From: the human T2T-CHM13v2.0 reference genome, Homo sapiens
NCBI RefSeq assembly: GCF_009914755.1
Contig: NC_060925.1
Direction: 5' to 3' (one strand)
DNA: 64,000 bases
The notes under the pieces are model-generated. The model was not told where the DNA came from and ran no database searches. It saw only the letters and a program-made list of their open reading frames with translations. Positions 51,366-64,000 of this stretch are shown here, piece by piece (the stretch's first letter is position 1; each line of letters starts with the position of its first letter). The position numbers and the translations under genes were made by a program.

Positions 51366-52730
51366 CAGTGGTTCTCAACCCCCATAATACTCTTAAAATT
51401 ATTGAAGACCCCCCAAAAAAACTCTCCTTTATGTGAGTTACGTCTGTTGCTATTTACCATATTAGAAATTAAAACTAAGATATTTTAAAAATATTTATTT
51501 ACTGTTCATTTTAAAATAATAGTAATAAACCCAACATATATTAACATAACCTATTTATGAAAAAATGTATATTTTCATAACAAAGAAATTTTAATGAAAA
51601 AAGTGGCATTGTTTTGTATTTTGCAAATCTCTTTAAAACCTGGCTTGATAGAAGACAGCTAGATTCTAATATCTGCTTCCACATTTAATCTGTTTAAATA
51701 TGTTATTTTGATTGACGTTTATGAAGGAAATACAGCCTCACTCAGATGTAGTTGGAAAAGGGAATCATGTTTTAGTAGCCTTTACAGATAATCATAGATA
51801 TTTATCTTTGACAATAAAACAAAAGTCAGCAAGTGGTAGTTTCTTAAATGTTAGCTACAGCATGGAACCTGGAATTGTATTTATAATCTACTACATTAAA
51901 ATTGATTGATCTATCTTGCACTTTGAACATACATTTTCACCATTCATAATTCTGCAACATCATGCATTGGTCATTTAGAAAACATTAGTTTCCTGAGTTA
52001 TGAAGATTTTCCAAATGTTGACACTATAATATTATACAATATCAAAGGATCACATTGCTCAGCAGTAAAGCCTTTATGTATTGGGAAGCTATCAAGCTTG
52101 GAGTAGCAGACACAAGTTTTTCTACATTCTAATTTTTGCTTGAATGCTCTAATTTTATTATTGACGACAAATGCTGTCAGTTGCTTTCCTTGAATTGACA
52201 GGCTGACTTCATTCGTTTTTCAGAAAATGTCTGCCAAATACCCGAATCAGAATAACCAGAGTTTGTGTAAGAGTCATTTTTTTCCAGTAAAAAATGGTGT
52301 TCCATGAGAAAAGCCACTAGTTCAGTTTATAACTTAAACAATTGCATAAGTGCTTTTTCCTGGAGATAGACATCATATTTCAGAATGTATCAGAGTGCTG
52401 TATGCACACTTCTCTTTCTATTACACAGAATGTTAAGACTCAAGGGTCAAGATTTAATTAATAATTCATCAAGGGCACTTAGGTGAAACTGACTTTTTTA
52501 ACGCAAATGCATAGATGAGGAATTAAACGACTACTAAATGGTGTGGTGCCACTGCTTTGATTTGTCTTGAGGCACCCACCATTGCTTTTGCATCATCAGT
52601 GCAAATGTCAGCACAGTGAAAAAAGCAAATAAAGAGGATATTATCATAAAAATAGTTTCCTCCTCACAGACTTTCTGAAAGCTTCTCTGAGACCTGCAGA
52701 GATCTGCAGATTAGACTTTAAGAACTGCTG
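51366..52730. mobile_element. hAT-Charlie DNA transposon (Charlie1a-like)
   Basis: Termini cagtggttctcaa ... ttaagaactgctg; Charlie1-like interior (actcttaaaattattgaagacccc). Confidence 0.8.
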
Positions 52731-53556
52731 CTCTACATAATGTTCAGTTTCGTCCTAACTTCTAAGGCTCAGATTTAAAACATGCTAAAACTTTAGCAGT
52801 GTGGCCTCATGAAGATAGGGAAAGGAAGCCAGAACCGAGAGGTTAAAAAGGACAAGAAAATCAGCCCCATCAGACAAATACCCCTTCAGCAAAGTGAAAT
52901 CTAGTCAGGTGAAAGTCCAAGTCAGCCTAGTGGTAAGGAAGGCAGCACTGTTCTTTGAGGTAGGAATATCTTTATTGACGTGATCTAAAAAAGATCACAG
53001 CTGCTGGCTAGGGGACAGAGATAAGAAGTTATCCCCCAGAGATGCCATCTGGCAAGAGCTAAGTAGGGTAATAAGTCCCCACTTGGGTAGGTTGAAGTCA
53101 AACACAGAGTTCATTCCTAGTAGCATAACTGTACATAAACAATGTGCTAGTCAGTAAACTGAGGCAGATGCCTAACAATTATGGAGGGAACCAACTGGGG
53201 CAGGATGTTGGTCTCAAGGAAGAGAGAGAGGTTAAACCAATGCAAATCAAATAGTATACAGGTTCCAAAGGCATACAACCAAGTATATCAGGTCTTTGAT
53301 CTATAATAATAAGATTAATACCAGACTATAACAGCTGGCCTCTCAGGCTAATCATAAACCTTATTCCTTCATAAGCTGTAGTCTTGAAACTAGGGGTGAC
53401 AGAGTTTGCAGATGGAAAGTTTTAACAGCTCTGTCGGCAAGGTTGTCCAGAAGGCAAAAATAGACTTGCTTACCTAAACCAATGCAAATTATTTTATTTT
53501 GGTAAGCTTAATAATCTGATAAATAATTATCATTATTAGAATGAAGATATAGAAAG

Positions 53557-53720
53557 CAGTGGTTTTCAAGTCATAATTTTCATGATCTTAGGAGTTAGAG
53601 AGAAGAGGTTATCACTGTAGAAAAGCCAAGCAAGCAGGCCTCCCTCACCTCCAATTCGACCAATGAAGCTCCACTGCTATCTGTTATTATATATTAAACT
53701 TCTGAGTAAGAATTCATTTG
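53557..53720. mobile_element. hAT-Charlie MITE remnant (MER103-like)
   Basis: cagtggttttcaa start; gctccactgctatctgttattatatatt..gtaagaattcatttg. Confidence 0.5.
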
Positions 53721-53750
53721 CAGTAATAGTCATATATATGAATATTAACA

Positions 53751-54086
53751 TTTAAAGACAGTAAGCATTGGCCCTGGTACATGACTTTTCATATGGCCCT
53801 TGCTCATATACTTTAGCATATGTTTTTGCATGGTTCCAAAAGAAATAATGTTCAATTTGATGCTCTAAACTTGTGTTTTTAATATGTATGTAAATATACT
53901 AATTACTAATATATCAATAATTATATAATATAAATGTAGTATACTTAATATTACATATATGTACTATATATTATAAATATTACACAATTATACATTATAT
54001 AGAAATATATGTAATATAACAATAAGTATATGAGCAAGGGCCATATGAAAAGTCATGTACCAGGGCCAGTACTTACTGTCTTTAAA
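53751..54086. repeat. 63-bp inverted repeat with 210-bp AT-rich spacer
   Basis: 53751-53813 versus the reverse complement of 54024-54086: 2 mismatches. Confidence 0.95.
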
Positions 54087-54457
54087 AGTCACTAAGAACT
54101 TTTGCTTCCAGGTGGGATACACAAATATCAGCAGTTCATCACTCCCACTTCAACAACTAGGAAAAAAAAATAGACAAGTCACAAAAATCTTAGACATTGA
54201 AGAGCTTGAAAACAAAGGGTTCTAAATGAATTGCAATTCCAGAGTTGAAAGAGCCCTTTTTAGGTGAACAGAAATCATCAGCCTTTTCTTCCCTGGAGAC
54301 ATTTGCTGGCATGACAGATTAGACTATAGAGAGATCTCAGATACACAACTAGTTTTGCCCATGATTCATATACTGAGTACTGAAGTGGCACAGGAAGTTG
54401 AGGAGAGGGGAGGGCGTCGGACCTGAAAGGCAGAATGAGATCTCATGTAGACTCATG

Positions 54458-54730
54458 TTGCCTGTAATCCAGCACTTTGGGAGGCTGAGGCAGGAGGATA
54501 GCTTGAACCCAGGAGTTTGAGACTAGCCTGCACAACACAGTAAGACACTATCTCTACAAAAAATTAGCCAGGTGTGGTAGTGCACATGTGTGGTCCCAAC
54601 TACTTGAGAGGCTGAGGCAGGAGGACTGCTTGAGCCCAGGAAGTCAAGCTATGATTGTGCCACTGCACTCCAACCTGGGTGACAGAGCAGGACTATTTCT
54701 AAAAAATAATAATAATAAAAATAAATAAAT
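54458..54730 (+). mobile_element. AluJ, slightly 5'-truncated
   Basis: gcctgtaatccagcactttgggagg... with A-rich tail. Confidence 0.88.
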
Positions 54731-55152
54731 AATTTTTTAGAAAGAAAATGAATTGCAAAATGGCAGATATGTTATATGACAGAAAAGACAAGTATATATA
54801 TTATAATAATGACACTAATAATAACTACCAGAGGTACAATTCCCTGGCTGAACATTTCACACGAATATTTCATCTAGCCCTCACAGCAATCTGATAGATA
54901 AGTATTCCTATCTCCATTATATTATTGGTAAGAAAATCAAGACTTTTAGTATGAAGCAGAGTCAGCTCTAGAATCCGAGTTGCCTGACAACAAAACTCAA
55001 GTTTTTAGCCATTCTGCTATTAGGCCCCTCTTTGGATTACAAAGTAAAACCAAGACTATAGACAACCCCAACTACAAAGTGATGAATTTACTTTGGGAAA
55101 TTTCCATTACTATGAGACTATAATGAAAGACTCAAGACTATTGTATACATAT

Positions 55153-55545
55153 TGTCTTAGCTTATTTGCACTGCTATAACAAAATAGCACAGACTGGGCA
55201 ATTTATGAAGAACAGAAATTTATTTCTCACGGTTCTGGGTAATGGAAAGTCCAAGATCAAGGCACCGGCAGGTTCAGGTGTCTGACAAAGGCTGCTCTCC
55301 ACTTCCAAGATGCAGCCTTCATTCTGCAACCTTCAGAGGATAAGAATGCTGTCTCTTCACATGGTGGATGGCAGAAGACAAAGCTATCCAAAAGCTACAC
55401 GAAGCCTCTTTTATAAGGGCCTTAATCCCATTCATAACACAGAAGCCCTCATGGCGTAATCACCTCTTAAAGGCCCCACCTCTTAATACTCTTATCACAT
55501 TGGCAACACTTGAATTTTGGAAGGGATACATTCAAGCCATAATGC
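55153..55545 (-). mobile_element. MaLR solo LTR (MST-like)
   Basis: ctgctataacaaaatagcacagactggg...aatcacctcttaaaggccccacctcttaatac. Confidence 0.8.
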
Positions 55546-55552
55546 ATATGTG

Positions 55553-55555
<3 letters not shown>

Positions 55556-55587
<32 letters not shown>
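55556..55587. repeat. (TG)n microsatellite
   Basis: About 15 consecutive TG units. Confidence 0.95.
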
Positions 55588-55589
<2 letters not shown>

Positions 55590-56820
55590 TTGTATATAGC
55601 ATACACATATGTATGTAGATATAAACTAGTTGTAAACAGAAATAAAAACTAAATATAAATATAATACAAGCGATTACATATACATGTATGTGTAAAAGTT
55701 TGTATATGTCTATATATCTATTGATCCCTCTATGTGTCAACCTATCTATCCATTGTATCAGGGCCTGACATTTAAAAGAATCTTTATTTTGAAACAACTA
55801 CACAGATATAAATAATATTGTTTTCACTTAATGCTTAATTTTTTTAATTAGAAGAGGTTTTGGAATTCAATGGCAGAAAACAATAAAATCAGTTCAATTT
55901 AAAATCAGAAAGTTTCTAAACTCAGAAATTTTGTATCTGGATACATACTATTACTGTATTACTGTTCTTTAAGTTTAGGAATGTATAATAGACTATGTAT
56001 ATAGCTTAATCTGTTTCTTACTTTTAAAAATTTATTTGGATGTTATACAGTCTAGAGAATACAATTTGCACAATTGTTTGCCTCTTTTCTCTGGAAGTGA
56101 AAATTGCTACTATAGAGTATTTACTCATTATCACTGGTGGAAGGTACAAATACCTGCAGTGGTGAGTTGATTATAAAATTGAATGGTATATAAAGTGAAT
56201 ATAGAAATATTCAGGAACAGTTCAAGTATTCCTGATACCGGGACTCTAAAGAAATACGTCAAAATATTTCATCATTATAAACAACAGTGCATTCTCTAAA
56301 CTGATGAGATGAGAGAGGAGTCTGTGACACAAATATAAATAGCACAGAATCCAAAATCTGTTTTTACATCCTTGTCTTAGAATTTTCTCTAACAGATCTA
56401 ACTTGTCAAAAATGTTTAGCTTTATCAAATAAGACAAATATCGTAGATCACATGTGAGCGTCTATATCCACAGAAACAAAGGCAATCATGGCTAGAAGAG
56501 GGAAGACAACAAGACAACCTGGGACTAAATTTCGTCAAGGTAAATTGTCTGAGAAATGCCTAAGAGCTGGCTGGGTGTCTTCTAATAACATAATCAAACC
56601 ACATTCTTAAAATAAAACGTTTTACAGAAGAAAGAAAAAAAAATTACTGGCTGTGTCTAAGTTATTCCAGGCATATCTTTAATGACACTTTATTTTTTAC
56701 AGAATGTTTATCAATATTACGTATTTCAATAAACATGTTTCAAGGGTCTTGAAAAACTTCACCAAAGCCTGGAGTAAAGAATAATTCAGAATCAGAGTAG
56801 CTAAACTGAACTTTTGGTGT

Positions 56821-57309
56821 TGAGGTAAGAGGCGGGACTGAACTCTGGAGGTGAGGCTCAGATACTGGACAAATTGAAGACTAGCTAAAAAAGGTTCAGA
56901 GCTAAAGTAGCTTTGGAAAGGACAACACCCACCAGTGTGCCATGTCAGTTCATCATTGCCATGGCAACACTCAGAACTTACTGCCCCTTTCCATGGCAAC
57001 AACCTGACAACCTGGAAGTTACCACCCTCATTCTAGAAATTTCTGCATAAACTACCACTTAATTTGCATATAATTGAAAGTAGGTATAAATATTAGTGCA
57101 GCATTGCCTCTGAGCTGCTACTCTGGGTACACTTCCTGTGGCGTGGCCTTGCTCCTCAAGGAGCAGTACCTCTGCTGCTGCTGTACAGTTGCTGCTTTGA
57201 TAAAAGTTGCTGTTTAACAGCACTGGCTCACTCCTAAATTCTTTACTGGGAGAAGCCAAGAATCCTCCTGTGTTAAGCCCCAGTTTGAGGGCTTGCCTGT
57301 CCTGCATCG
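56821..57309 (+). mobile_element. ERV1-class solo LTR (MER83-like)
   Basis: Starts tgaggtaagaggcgggact, TATA-like tataaata, ends cctgcatc(g); 4-bp TSD gtgt. Confidence 0.75.
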
Positions 57310-58315
57310 GTGTCATCTTCTAAATCTCAAATTACTTGCAAATGGTACATCTGTGAGTTGCTCTTAAAGAGCCAAGCAGTCCTTGTGTTAGTTCAAATCC
57401 CTAAGTGTTTTAAGTCTTGCATGTGCCTGGCACTGTATTAAATTCATTGGGGAATACAACTGAAGTCTATGACAAAGTCTCCAGTCCCAAGGAATTTATC
57501 TTCTCATTATGAAATCGAAAGACTCATGCCTGGCCATACTGTCCAAAACAATCTACAGAGTCAATGCTTTTCCCATCAAGTTTCCAGTGTCATTTTTTGC
57601 AGAACTAGAAAAAAACTATTTTAAAATTCATATGAAACCCAAAAAGGGCTCAAGTAGCCAAAGCAATCCTAAGCAAAAAGAACAAAGCCAGAGACATCAC
57701 ATTACCTGACTTCAAACTACAATATAAGGCTACAGTAACCAAAACAGCATGGTACTGGTACAAAAACAGACACACAGACCAATGAATGGAACAGAATAGA
57801 GAACCCAGAAATAAAGCCACACACCTACAGCCATCTAATCTTTGATAAAGTCAACAAAAACAAACAATAGGGAAAGGAGTCCTGATTCAATAAATGCTGC
57901 TGGGATAGCTGGCTAGCCATATGCAGTAGAATGAACCTGGATACCTACCTTTCACCATATAAAAAAAAACCCAAGGTGGATTAAATATTTAAATGTAAGA
58001 CCTCAAACTATAAGAATTCTAGAAGAAAACCTAGGAAACATCATTCTGAACATTTGTCTTACAAAACATTTTATGACTAAGTCTTCAAAAGCAATTGCAA
58101 CAAAAAAAAATTGACAAGTGGGACCTAATTAAAGAGCTTCTGCACAGCAAAAGAAACTACCAACAGAGTAGAGACAATCTACAGGATGGGAGAAAATATT
58201 CACAAACTATACATGTGACAAAGATCAAATATTCAGAATCTATAAGAAACTTAATTCAACAAGCAAAAATAACCTTGTTGAAAAATAAGCAAAAGATATG
58301 AACAGATGCTACTTA

Positions 58316-59297
58316 TTTTATTTTATTTTATTTTATTTTATTTTATTTTATTTTATTTTAAGTTCTGAGATACATGTGCAGGACGTGCAAGTTTGTTACA
58401 TAGGTAAAGGTGTGCCAAGGTGATTTGCTGCACCTGTCAACCCATCGCCTAGGTATTAAGCCCAGCATGCATTAGCTATTTATCCTGATGCTCTCCCTAC
58501 CCCCACACCCCACTGACAGGCCCCAGTGTGTGTTGTTCCCTTCCTTGTGTCCATGTATTCTCATTGTTCAGCTCCCACTTACAAGTGAGAACATGGGGTG
58601 TTTGGTTTTCTGTTCCTGAATTAGTTTGCTGGTGATAACGGCTTCTGGCTCCATCCATGTTCCTGCAAAGGACATGATCTCCTTCCTTTTTATGGCTGCA
58701 TAGTATTCCATGGTGTATATGCACCAAATTTTCTTTATCCAGTCTATCACAGATGCATGTTTGGGTTGATTCCATGTCTTTGCTATTGTGAATATTGCTT
58801 CAATGAACATACACATGCATGTATCCTTATAATAGAATGATTTATATTCCTTTGGGTTTATACTCAGTAATGGGATTGCTGGATCAAATGGTATTTCTAG
58901 TTCTAGGTCTTTGAGGAATGGCCACACTGTCTTCCACAATGGTTGAACTAATTTACATTCCCACCAACATTGCAAAAGCATTCCTATTTCTCCACAGCCT
59001 CTCCAGCACCTGTTGTTTATTGGCTTTTTAATAATCACCATTCTGACTGGTGTGAGATGATATCCCACTGTGGTTTTGATTTGCATGTCTCTAATGCTCA
59101 GTGATGTTGAGCTTTTTTTCATGTTTTTTGGCCACATAAGTGTCTTCTTTTGAGAAATGCCTGTTCATGTCCTTTGCCCAGTTTTTAATGTTAGTGTTTG
59201 TTTTCTTGTAAATTTGTTTAAGTTCCTTGTAGATTCTGGATGTAAGACCTTTATCAGATGGATAGATTGCAAAAATTTTCTCCCATTCTGTAGGTTG
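58316..59297 (-). mobile_element. 5'-truncated L1PA (PA7/8-like) nested antisense, (TTTTA)n tail
   Basis: ORF 58568-59137; 17-bp TSD tgaacagaYgctWctta at 58299-58315 and 59298-59314. Confidence 0.93.
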
Positions 59298-59327
59298 TGA
59301 ACAGACGCTTCTTAAAAGAAGACATGT

Positions 59328-59605
59328 GGCTGGGTGCGGTGGCTCACGCCTGTAATCTCAACACTTTGGAAGGCCAAGGCGGGTGGATCATGAGGTCAGG
59401 AGTTCAAGACCAGCCTGGCCAACATGGTGAAACCCATCTCTATTAAAAATACAAAAATTAGCCAGGTGTGGTGGCAGGTGCCTATAATCCCAGCTACTCA
59501 GGAGGCTGAGGCAGGAGAATTGCTTGAACCCAGGAGGCAAGGTTGCAGTGAGCTAAGACCACGCCACTGCACTCCAGCACACAGCAAGACTCCATCTCAG
59601 AACAC
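59328..59605 (+). mobile_element. AluS
   Basis: Alu dimer within the L1PB. Confidence 0.92.
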
Positions 59606-60514
59606 AAGCAACCAACAAACATATGAAAAAAATGCTCAATCACCAGAGAAATGCAAGTCAAAACCACAATAAGATACCATCTTATAGCAGTCAGGACGGC
59701 TACTATTCAAAAATCTAAAAATAACAAATATTGGCAAGGCTGCAGGGAACATGGAACACTTATACAGAAGGAATGTAAATTAGTTCAGCCACTGTGAAAA
59801 GCAGTTTGGAGATTTCTCAGAAAAACTTAAAAGAGAGCTACTATTTGACCCAGTAATCCCATTACTGAGTATATATCCAAAGAAAATCCTTCTGCCAAAA
59901 AGACATTTCATCACAATACTATTCACAATAGCAAAGACATGGAATCAACATAGATGCCCATCAATGGTGAATTGGATAATGAAAATGTGGTACATATACA
60001 CCCTGGAATACAATGCAGCCATAGAAAAGAATGAAATCGTGTCCTTTGCAGCAGCATGGATGCAGCTGGAAGCTATTATCCTAGGCAAATGAACACGGGA
60101 ACAGAAAACCAACCACCACATGTTCTCCCTTATAAAAGAGGAGCTAAACAATGGTTACTCAAGGACATAAAGATGACAACAGTAGACAATGAGCACTACT
60201 AGAGGGAGAAGGGAGGGAAGAGGACAAGTGTTGAAAAACTAATTATTGGATATTATGCTCAGTACCTGGGTGACAAGATCAATCATACCCCAAACCTCTG
60301 CATCATGCAATATACCCAGATAACAAACCTGCGCATGTACCCTGTGAATCTAAAATAAAAGATGAAAGTATTAAAGAAAAGAAAAGTACAAAAGAAGAAC
60401 TTTTATCCCCAAAAAGCAGCATTGCCTTTTACCTTTTAGGGATAAAATTACTCCTTTTATAGTTTTCTACAAAAGAAGAACTAGAATATCACTTTTGCTG
60501 GTTGCTTGTTTGTG

Positions 60515-60703
60515 AAGATTAGATGGCTGTAGGTGTGTGACTTTATTTCTGCGTTCTCTATTCTGTTCCATTGGTCTATGTGTTTGTTTTTGTACCAGTA
60601 CCATGTTATTTTGGTTACCGTAGCCTTATAGTATAGTTTGAAATCAGGTAATGTGATGCTTCTGGCTTTGTTCTTTTTGCTTAGGATTGCTTTGGCTATT
60701 TGC
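60515..60703 (-). mobile_element. Short L1 ORF2 internal fragment
   Basis: [37 protein letters not shown] (ORF 60481-60741). Confidence 0.88.
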
Positions 60704-63019
60704 GATCTTTTTTTTTTTTTTAGAATAGTTTCATTTATCAAAGTTAAAAAAATTAAGCATTTTTATATTATGTTATACATGTTAACAGGAAAGTCATCAT
60801 CATCATCATAATGTATCTACTTTTCTTGAAAAAACAAAAACACAACTAAAATAGAGAACGAAATAAGACTGTAAAATGTTAAGACATGTAATAATTATGA
60901 TAGAGAGCTGCATTTTAAGTGGATCTCAAAGGAAGGATAGAATTTTGGTAAGTGAAGATTGAGGAAAGGGCACTCATTTTTCTAGCAGTTAGTATTTCAT
61001 CACCTTCTGAAGATGGAAATGAGAAAACCATATTTGGGGTCAGCAAGAAGATTGGCCTGTTTGTAAAACTGATTGATATGAGGAGCAAAGGGATTGGGAC
61101 GTGCATTCATAATTTTGGGTGCCTAATACGGCATGACAATATTACTAGTAGATATGGATATGGATGTAGATATGGACAGAGTTACAGATATAGATTCTCA
61201 CTTAGGCCTTGCAACAACAACCTTTTGTAGTAAAATTAGTATTTCCCCCATTTGCACCTACAAAACTATAACTTGCCTGAAGCCACACAGCTAATAAGTG
61301 GTGGTGGGGCCAGGATTCAAACCCAGATTGTTGTTCGTTTTTAATCATCCAGCCCAAAATGTCAACCAGGTCCTTTTGACTGTAAAACTACCTGTGTTGC
61401 ATAAGGCCTGTATAGGCATGGAAGGTAAAATCAGGTTGAGCCTCAGAAATTATAGTGTTATCTCTTTCACAATCCCAGATCAGGGCAAACATAACAGAGC
61501 TGAGAGCTCCAGCACTCTCTGTGATGCTCTGAGAGGCTTCTTCATCTCCCATGGAAGCAAGTGCACTGGCTGTGGTCAGCGGTGCACAAAGCAGTTCAGG
61601 TGCCCTTGACCCTTAGTGTCTTAGCTAAAACAGAAGCTAGCCAGATATTAGCATTTAGCCACAGGTTGCTTTACAAGATGGCATAATAAAGAGCTGAGTT
61701 CTAACAACTATATAAACAAACTAGAATCTTGCATTAATCCACTTTACAGAAGAAAAAAGCTAATAGCATCTGGTGGCTAAAAACATTCTGCTTAATCTCC
61801 TCATGGACTCGTTATCTCCTTTGCCTAACAGCTGCTGGTAATAATTGACTAGAATTTTTTGGCAAATACAGAATCTGAGTACATTATATTTAACTACACC
61901 ATTATGTTACCACCTAGTGGTTAAATATAAACTAACTTTCCACATTAATGTTATGAGGGAATAAGATCATATGCCCCTGATGTCCTTCCCACCACATCAT
62001 TTTATTAAATTGAAATCATATCAGAGTCCATTCTCTGTGATAATCAGAAAACACCCCAGGGTTTGCACCTGCTGAACTCTAAGCTCTTTGAAGGAGGAGT
62101 ATATCTATAGGCATTTAACAAATATGTGTTGAATGAATAAATGAGCTTTCATTTTTCTTCTTAGAACTTGCACTTCTCTGAACCAGCTGTAAAAGAAGTA
62201 TTTCTCATATATGTAAAATAATAATAGGTAAATGTCTCTTAAGTATATCCTCAGGGATCATAGAGCTACCAGATGAAAATTGATGTGGCTTATGATTTTA
62301 TCATATAGGTGCTATCAACCCCTTAGTTAATTATATTGAGGAACTAAGATGCTCTTAGCACTATGCTAAAATATATGAGGGAGATATAATTCCTGGTTCC
62401 TATTATCAAGCTTACCAGGAATATATAATATACCTAAACCAAAGAATAATGTAAAAACTTTATATAACTAAACAGAAGATGGAGAGTGGTATAAACAATA
62501 AATATTTTAGGAAGAGATAATGATGGAGAGGAATGGTGAAAAAAAGCTCCAGGAATGTGGCAGACTACAGTTCTCTGCTCCCACCCTTGTCAGAGCGTTA
62601 TACAGCCCTTCCCTTGCCTTGCCTCCTCATGGGTGAAGTATGCTTCCACGCTCCAGTGTCAAGCTTGGCCAGGTGACTTGCTCTTGATAATGGAATGTGA
62701 GTGGAATGTGTACACTATAAGCAGCCAGAAATTCTAAATGCACATGCTTAGTTCTGTTGGCCTTTGCATTCCTGCCCTCTGTTATAAGAAAAATATGTCC
62801 TAGATATACCACAGAAGCTGCCCTTAATGAGCTAGAAATTATCAAATCTACTGAGTCAGAAGGTTAAAAGAGTATGACAGAAAGAAAACATTTTGGACCT
62901 GGCCTGAGTAGGTCAGGAGAGCACAGATAAGTTGCATGCTCCAGACTCCAATGTCACTTATTTCTAATGCATAGACATCTTTCCTTCAGCTTAATTCCTC
63001 AGGGGCCCTCTAATCAACC

Positions 63020-63810
63020 AATGGAGAAAGAAAATCTCAGGCTTGGTTCACGGATTGATTGCCTTGATATGTTGGTACAAGCTGAAGGTAAACGATGTAA
63101 ATGGTCTGGAAGGACAGTGAGGAAGTGAAATCCTCCCAATGGGCAGAACTTTGAACAGTATACTCAGTTATTTCTCTCGTATGAAAGGAAAAATGAGATG
63201 CACTAGGGCTCCTGTGCAATGGACAATGGATTAACCGATTGATCAGGGTGCTGGAAAAAGCAAGATTGGCAGATTGGAGACAAGTATAGGGAAGAGGCAT
63301 GTGAATGGACCCATTGGAATGACCACAAAGTGCTTAGATTTGTGTCTCACCTGATGTCCAAGAGGGAGTCATCCACTAACCTGGCAGAGATCCTCTTTCC
63401 TTGACCAGGCTCTTTCCTTGGCCACTACTTTGCTTATGCATGGGTCCATGGTGGCCATGATATCAGTGACAAGTGCTATGCAAAGGCCCAACAGCATGGG
63501 CTTCCTCTTGCTAAAGCTGATCTAGCTTCTGCCACTGTTGAGTGTTCAATGTGCCAGTAGCAGAGACCAATACTGAGCTTTGATATGGTATCATCTCTTG
63601 CAGAGGCTGGCCAGCCACTGTGTGGCTAGTTGAGTGCATCAGATTTCTTCCACCATAGAGGAGGCAGCAATTTGTCCTTACTAAACTGAAACCTATTCTG
63701 GATGCATTTTGCTTTCCTTGCCACAGTGCCTCTCCAGGGCTTTACAGAACTCCTGATTTACCAACATGAGGTCCTGCATAGCATCACTGCAGACCAAGGG
63801 AATCTACATT
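63020..63810 (+). mobile_element. Degraded ERV-L/class III pol fragment (RNase H to integrase)
   Basis: Translations AWFTD, KDSEEVKSSQWAEL and QQHGLPLAKADLASATVECSMCQ*QRP (integrase Zn-finger region). Confidence 0.8.
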
Positions 63811-63896
63811 ACCACGAACCAGCTGTATGACTGCAGACAAGTTATTCACTCTAAGCCTCAATTACCTCATCTATAAAATGAAGAATTTAATAGTAA

Positions 63897-64000
63897 TGTT
63901 ATGGGATCTTTGGGGTTGTCAATATGCTGGCCAGAAACCTCTGTGACCATAACACTGTTGCCCAAGTTTTTGTCCTGCGTCCAGGAAGAATGAGGTACAA
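63897..64000. mobile_element. Terminus of an ERV1-class LTR (MER52/LTR27-like), truncated by the window edge
   Basis: tgttatgggatctttggggttgtc..ggccagaaacctctgtg..tcctgcgtccaggaagaatgaggta. Confidence 0.5.

Larger units (their letters stand above)
57530..60380 (+). mobile_element. 5'-truncated L1PB 3' portion hosting a nested L1PA and an Alu
   Basis: ORF2 C-terminal fragments; 3'UTR ending gaatctaaaataaaa. Confidence 0.88.

Overview
Primate (very probably human) AT-rich, repeat-dense genomic DNA with no intact protein-coding gene. It contains two dead genes. (1) An unprocessed flavin-containing monooxygenase (FMO) pseudogene on the + strand, ~11132-40599. All eight coding exons (2-9) are recognisable. 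It carries stops, frameshifts and four dead splice sites, plus an Alu inserted in exon 4 and a ~6.4 kb L1PB-type LINE inserted in exon 5. It is most likely FMO11P of the 1q24 FMO pseudogene cluster (from recall, not verified). (2) A processed calponin-2 retrocopy at 44057-45935 (probably CNN2P10), inserted with a target-site duplication (TSD) into ERV-L internal sequence. The rest is L1s of several ages, Alus, MaLR/ERV LTRs, L2/MIR and hAT-Charlie DNA transposons. Nearly all long ORFs in the ORF track are L1 ORF1/ORF2 debris or antisense frames. I found no evidence for a new functional biological system. The most unusual signal is a set of locally templated rearrangement scars: a ~98%-identical copy of an old Alu plus the first ~22 nt of its neighbouring L1 placed 4.33 kb away; a direct/inverted/direct triplication in FMO intron 7; a 465-bp endonuclease-domain segment re-inserted within the same L1; a ~30-bp templated insert at a palindrome; and a 63-bp near-perfect inverted repeat. 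Repeat subfamily names were assigned by eye and are approximate.
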